Assembly (NCBI GenBank): GCA_040375265.1
Contig: JBEISV010000001.1
Location: 1-62,993 of the forward strand
Reading direction: 5' to 3'
Length of the DNA: 62,993 bases
Source of the DNA: Verrucomicrobiales bacterium
GTDB taxonomy: Bacteria > Verrucomicrobiota > Verrucomicrobiia > Limisphaerales > UBA9464
Positions 62,001 through 62,993 of this stretch are shown here, piece by piece (positions within the stretch are counted from its first letter, which is position 1; each line of letters opens with the position of its first letter). The notes under the pieces were generated by a model that was given only the letters and a program-made list of their open reading frames with translations, did no database searches and was not told where the DNA came from. The position numbers were made by a program, and so were the translations under genes.

Positions 62001-62993
62001 ATAGACCGGATAGGGCGGTGCGCCCCAGGAATAGACGTCATTCGCCGCGGCCTGATCGAGCGCCTCCGCCTGTGCTCGGGCGAAGAAAGCGGAAATGTCG
62101 GGGCCCGTGATCAGACGGATCTGTTCAAGGATGGCATTGATCTCGGTGACTTCGGCCGCCGACGGCACCCGGCCCTGCTGCCGGATTTCGGCCAGCCGGA
62201 CCCCGATCTGGTCCATGAGGGCGCTGGCCTGCTCCGCCGCGCTGAGGGCATGGCGAACCACCCCGGTGCCATTGGGGCCGGGACCGCCCGCGCCACCGCC
62301 GCACACGGTCGTGACACAGCTGTCGGCGCATTTGCGCCGGCTTTCCCGGGCAGCCGCCTTGCAGCGGTCACGCGCCTCGCCTGCCGCCGTCAAGCCGGCG
62401 GCGGTCAGTCCGCCGGCCACCTTGTCGTTGAACTCCTTGTCGCAGTCATTTTCCGCCGCCCGGCCTGTATCGTCGCACCGGGCAACGCAGCGGGGGTCCG
62501 TCCGGGTCTTGCAGTCATTCACGTCATCGGGGACGAAAGGCTTGTTGGGCGGGATCGGAGGCGCCCCGGGTGGGGTGACGGGCGGCGGTCCCTGGAAGCC
62601 ATGCCAACCGGGTTGCCGTATTCCGACGCCGGGATCAGTGCAGACCAGCTTGCCGTCCGCACTCACCGTCATGGTGCCCACCGTTTCCCATTTGCCCGTG
62701 TCGTGGTTGAAGGACATGAGCGCTGCCTTCCCTCCTGGCGCGAGGGGAAAGCCGGCGCTGTTCGGAACATTGGGGAAACACGCCGGCACAGGGCGGTCAA
62801 AATTTTGCCCGCCGTCCGACTGCACGGTGATGTCGAGCAGATGCTCCAACCCAGCGGGCAGCGGTTCGGGCAGGCGCGTGGGATCGACAATTGAGATGCC
62901 GACGCGGCCGCCGCGCTTGCCGTCGTTGTCGAAGAGCGAGTTGGCCGGGACGGTGATTTTCACTCCGGCCAGCTCCGGATTCTCCGCGAGCAC
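59031..62993 (-). CDS. giant secreted adhesin-like protein, 5'-partial (Cys-rich segment, TSP3-type Ca-binding repeats, LVIVD beta-propeller repeats, Ig-like domains, C-terminal 24-aa tandem repeats)
   Basis: Open to the window edge. 'DTDGDGILDGAE', 'DTDGDGLPDD..DSNGNGVPDGAEDPDRDGL..DSDDNGVNDGDEDRDRDGL' are TSP3-like. 'AYVADTAAGLQIVNY' and 'VQVFDL' are LVIVD-like. 'VRQVEFYRDGQPLAVDGNFPFEV' is Ig-like. Confidence 0.85.
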   Translation of the reverse strand: MLAENPELAGVKITVPANSLFDNDGKRGGRVGISIVDPTRLPEPLPAGLEHLLDITVQSDGGQNFDRPVPACFPNVPNSAGFPLAPGGKAALMSFNHDTGKWETVGTMTVSADGKLVCTDPGVGIRQPGWHGFQGPPPVTPPGAPPIPPNKPFVPDDVNDCKTRTDPRCVARCDDTGRAAENDCDKEFNDKVAGGLTAAGLTAAGEARDRCKAAARESRRKCADSCVTTVCGGGAGGPGPNGTGVVRHALSAAEQASALMDQIGVRLAEIRQQGRVPSAAEVTEINAILEQIRLITGPDISAFFARAQAEALDQAAANDVYSWGAPPYPVYRAGLVLASLRQVVAGLPETSVRSSLVRALTEPYGQYQVFTLANFFGINLRPTERIENWFYDPRTRSVGRSGTRLGSGGPRDGRLPSFTLVPLVDRPGETVPLLPASAEIELTLHTGIGEPLAARLNQIADLIETAVDQADGRDVDRDGLADLAEFIIGTPAQNPDTDGDGILDGAELDQGLNPLDGRPMAVGVIGSVPLPGEAVDVAAFNDRAVVALGSGGVGVLDVASGQLGVLIARLPAPGDVKVVALSQEFAVAGGDFAGLLVFDPRDPTATLRQIAIRGNVTAAAVEGGIAWVATQANELHLLDLSTGTPLGTAALPGAALDVALEAGLASVVLNSELITFEFVAGVLARRGQVALSLSSPDLVTRRRRVSVGDGVALVTDLDGFARFDLTNPGTPALISRSQAYGPASFKQILPNGSGAGLAVVGAAPNAVNAATHNVQVFDLRNPAVNNAAGTILTTPGVARAAALYNNLAYVADTAAGLQIVNYLASDTGTNPPTITLRTSSTEGRAEAGQLLRLRASVTDDVQVRQVEFYRDGQPLAVDGNFPFEVAFNAPPLTAVQTTLRIRAKAVDTAGNAAFSEELTLQLVPDATPPRLVRTAPESSALLRELSSVLALFSEALDPATVTETSVRLLAPGPDQVLGTEDDQAVSDLTRELREQLPLVALSAASPLPPSAYRLVLSPPLADLAGNPLAAPVTVDLVVFDPAVDTDGDGLPDDVERLLGLDPLKADSNGNGVPDGAEDPDRDGLTSAFEIVFGTDPRRVDSDDNGVNDGDEDRDRDGLSARRELAAGTDPLRADTDGDGWPDEGEVTGGSDPLNPLSRPFVGALGIPPVELVAPAAVFGPGSSFGPTLANPPVEVIAPAAVFGEGSAFGPTLANPPLEVLAPAAVFGAGSAFGPTLANPPVEVIAPAAVFGPGSAFGPTLANPPAEVIAPAAVFGAGSAFGPTLAQPPVEVLAPAARFGPGGDFGPVLAQPPATVEFLSQ
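59034..59495 (-). repeat. 72-bp in-frame tandem repeat, 6 copies plus a partial 7th, encoding PPVEVIAPAAVFGxGSAFGPTLAN
   Basis: Copies occupy 59424-495, 59352-423, 59280-351, 59208-279, 59136-207 and 59064-135. A 10-codon partial unit runs to the stop. Confidence 0.92.

Overview
High-GC (roughly 65%) bacterial chromosome segment. The gene content points to the PVC superphylum, most likely Verrucomicrobiota: a PEP-CTERM tail, a DUF1559 prepilin-like protein, a TIGR03067-type protein, ASPIC/UnbV FG-GAP proteins, and many large secreted proteins ending in ...YR[VIA]. I call about 43 protein genes, one tRNA-Phe(GAA), five rho-independent terminators and several repeat elements. I saw no CRISPR array, transposase, integrase or prophage core genes. 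Housekeeping genes: tal, rpmE (type B), prfA, efp, a NifS/IscS-type cysteine desulfurase, rluE, apgM, lpxD and panD. The most unusual locus is 3.7-16.6 kb. A LuxR-type response regulator and a propeller-sensor HisKA_3 kinase bracket a same-strand cassette. The cassette holds two tandem paralogous giant secreted proteins. Each combines a conserved N-terminal domain, complete 7-bladed RCC1-like propellers, short fibre-like repeats and a C-terminal phage tailspike-type intramolecular chaperone (peptidase S74) domain. They are followed by a cadherin-like secreted protein whose start overlaps the upstream stop (ATGA), and by a stand-alone P-domain protein with a PEP-CTERM anchor. The first paralog is split by a 1-nt deletion and has Cys in place of the S74 cleavage Ser. 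The second has an out-of-frame ATG and signal peptide behind a cluster of palindromic repeats. The third gene carries a 7-nt tandem tract in its 5' end. A second notable locus (57.8-63.0 kb, truncated by the window) encodes a giant LVIVD/TSP3/Ig-like protein that ends in six 72-bp tandem repeats and is ATGA-coupled to a glycine-rich secreted protein. The many long ORFs antisense to the called genes are treated as high-GC artefacts. All domain calls rest on motifs read by eye, not on database searches.
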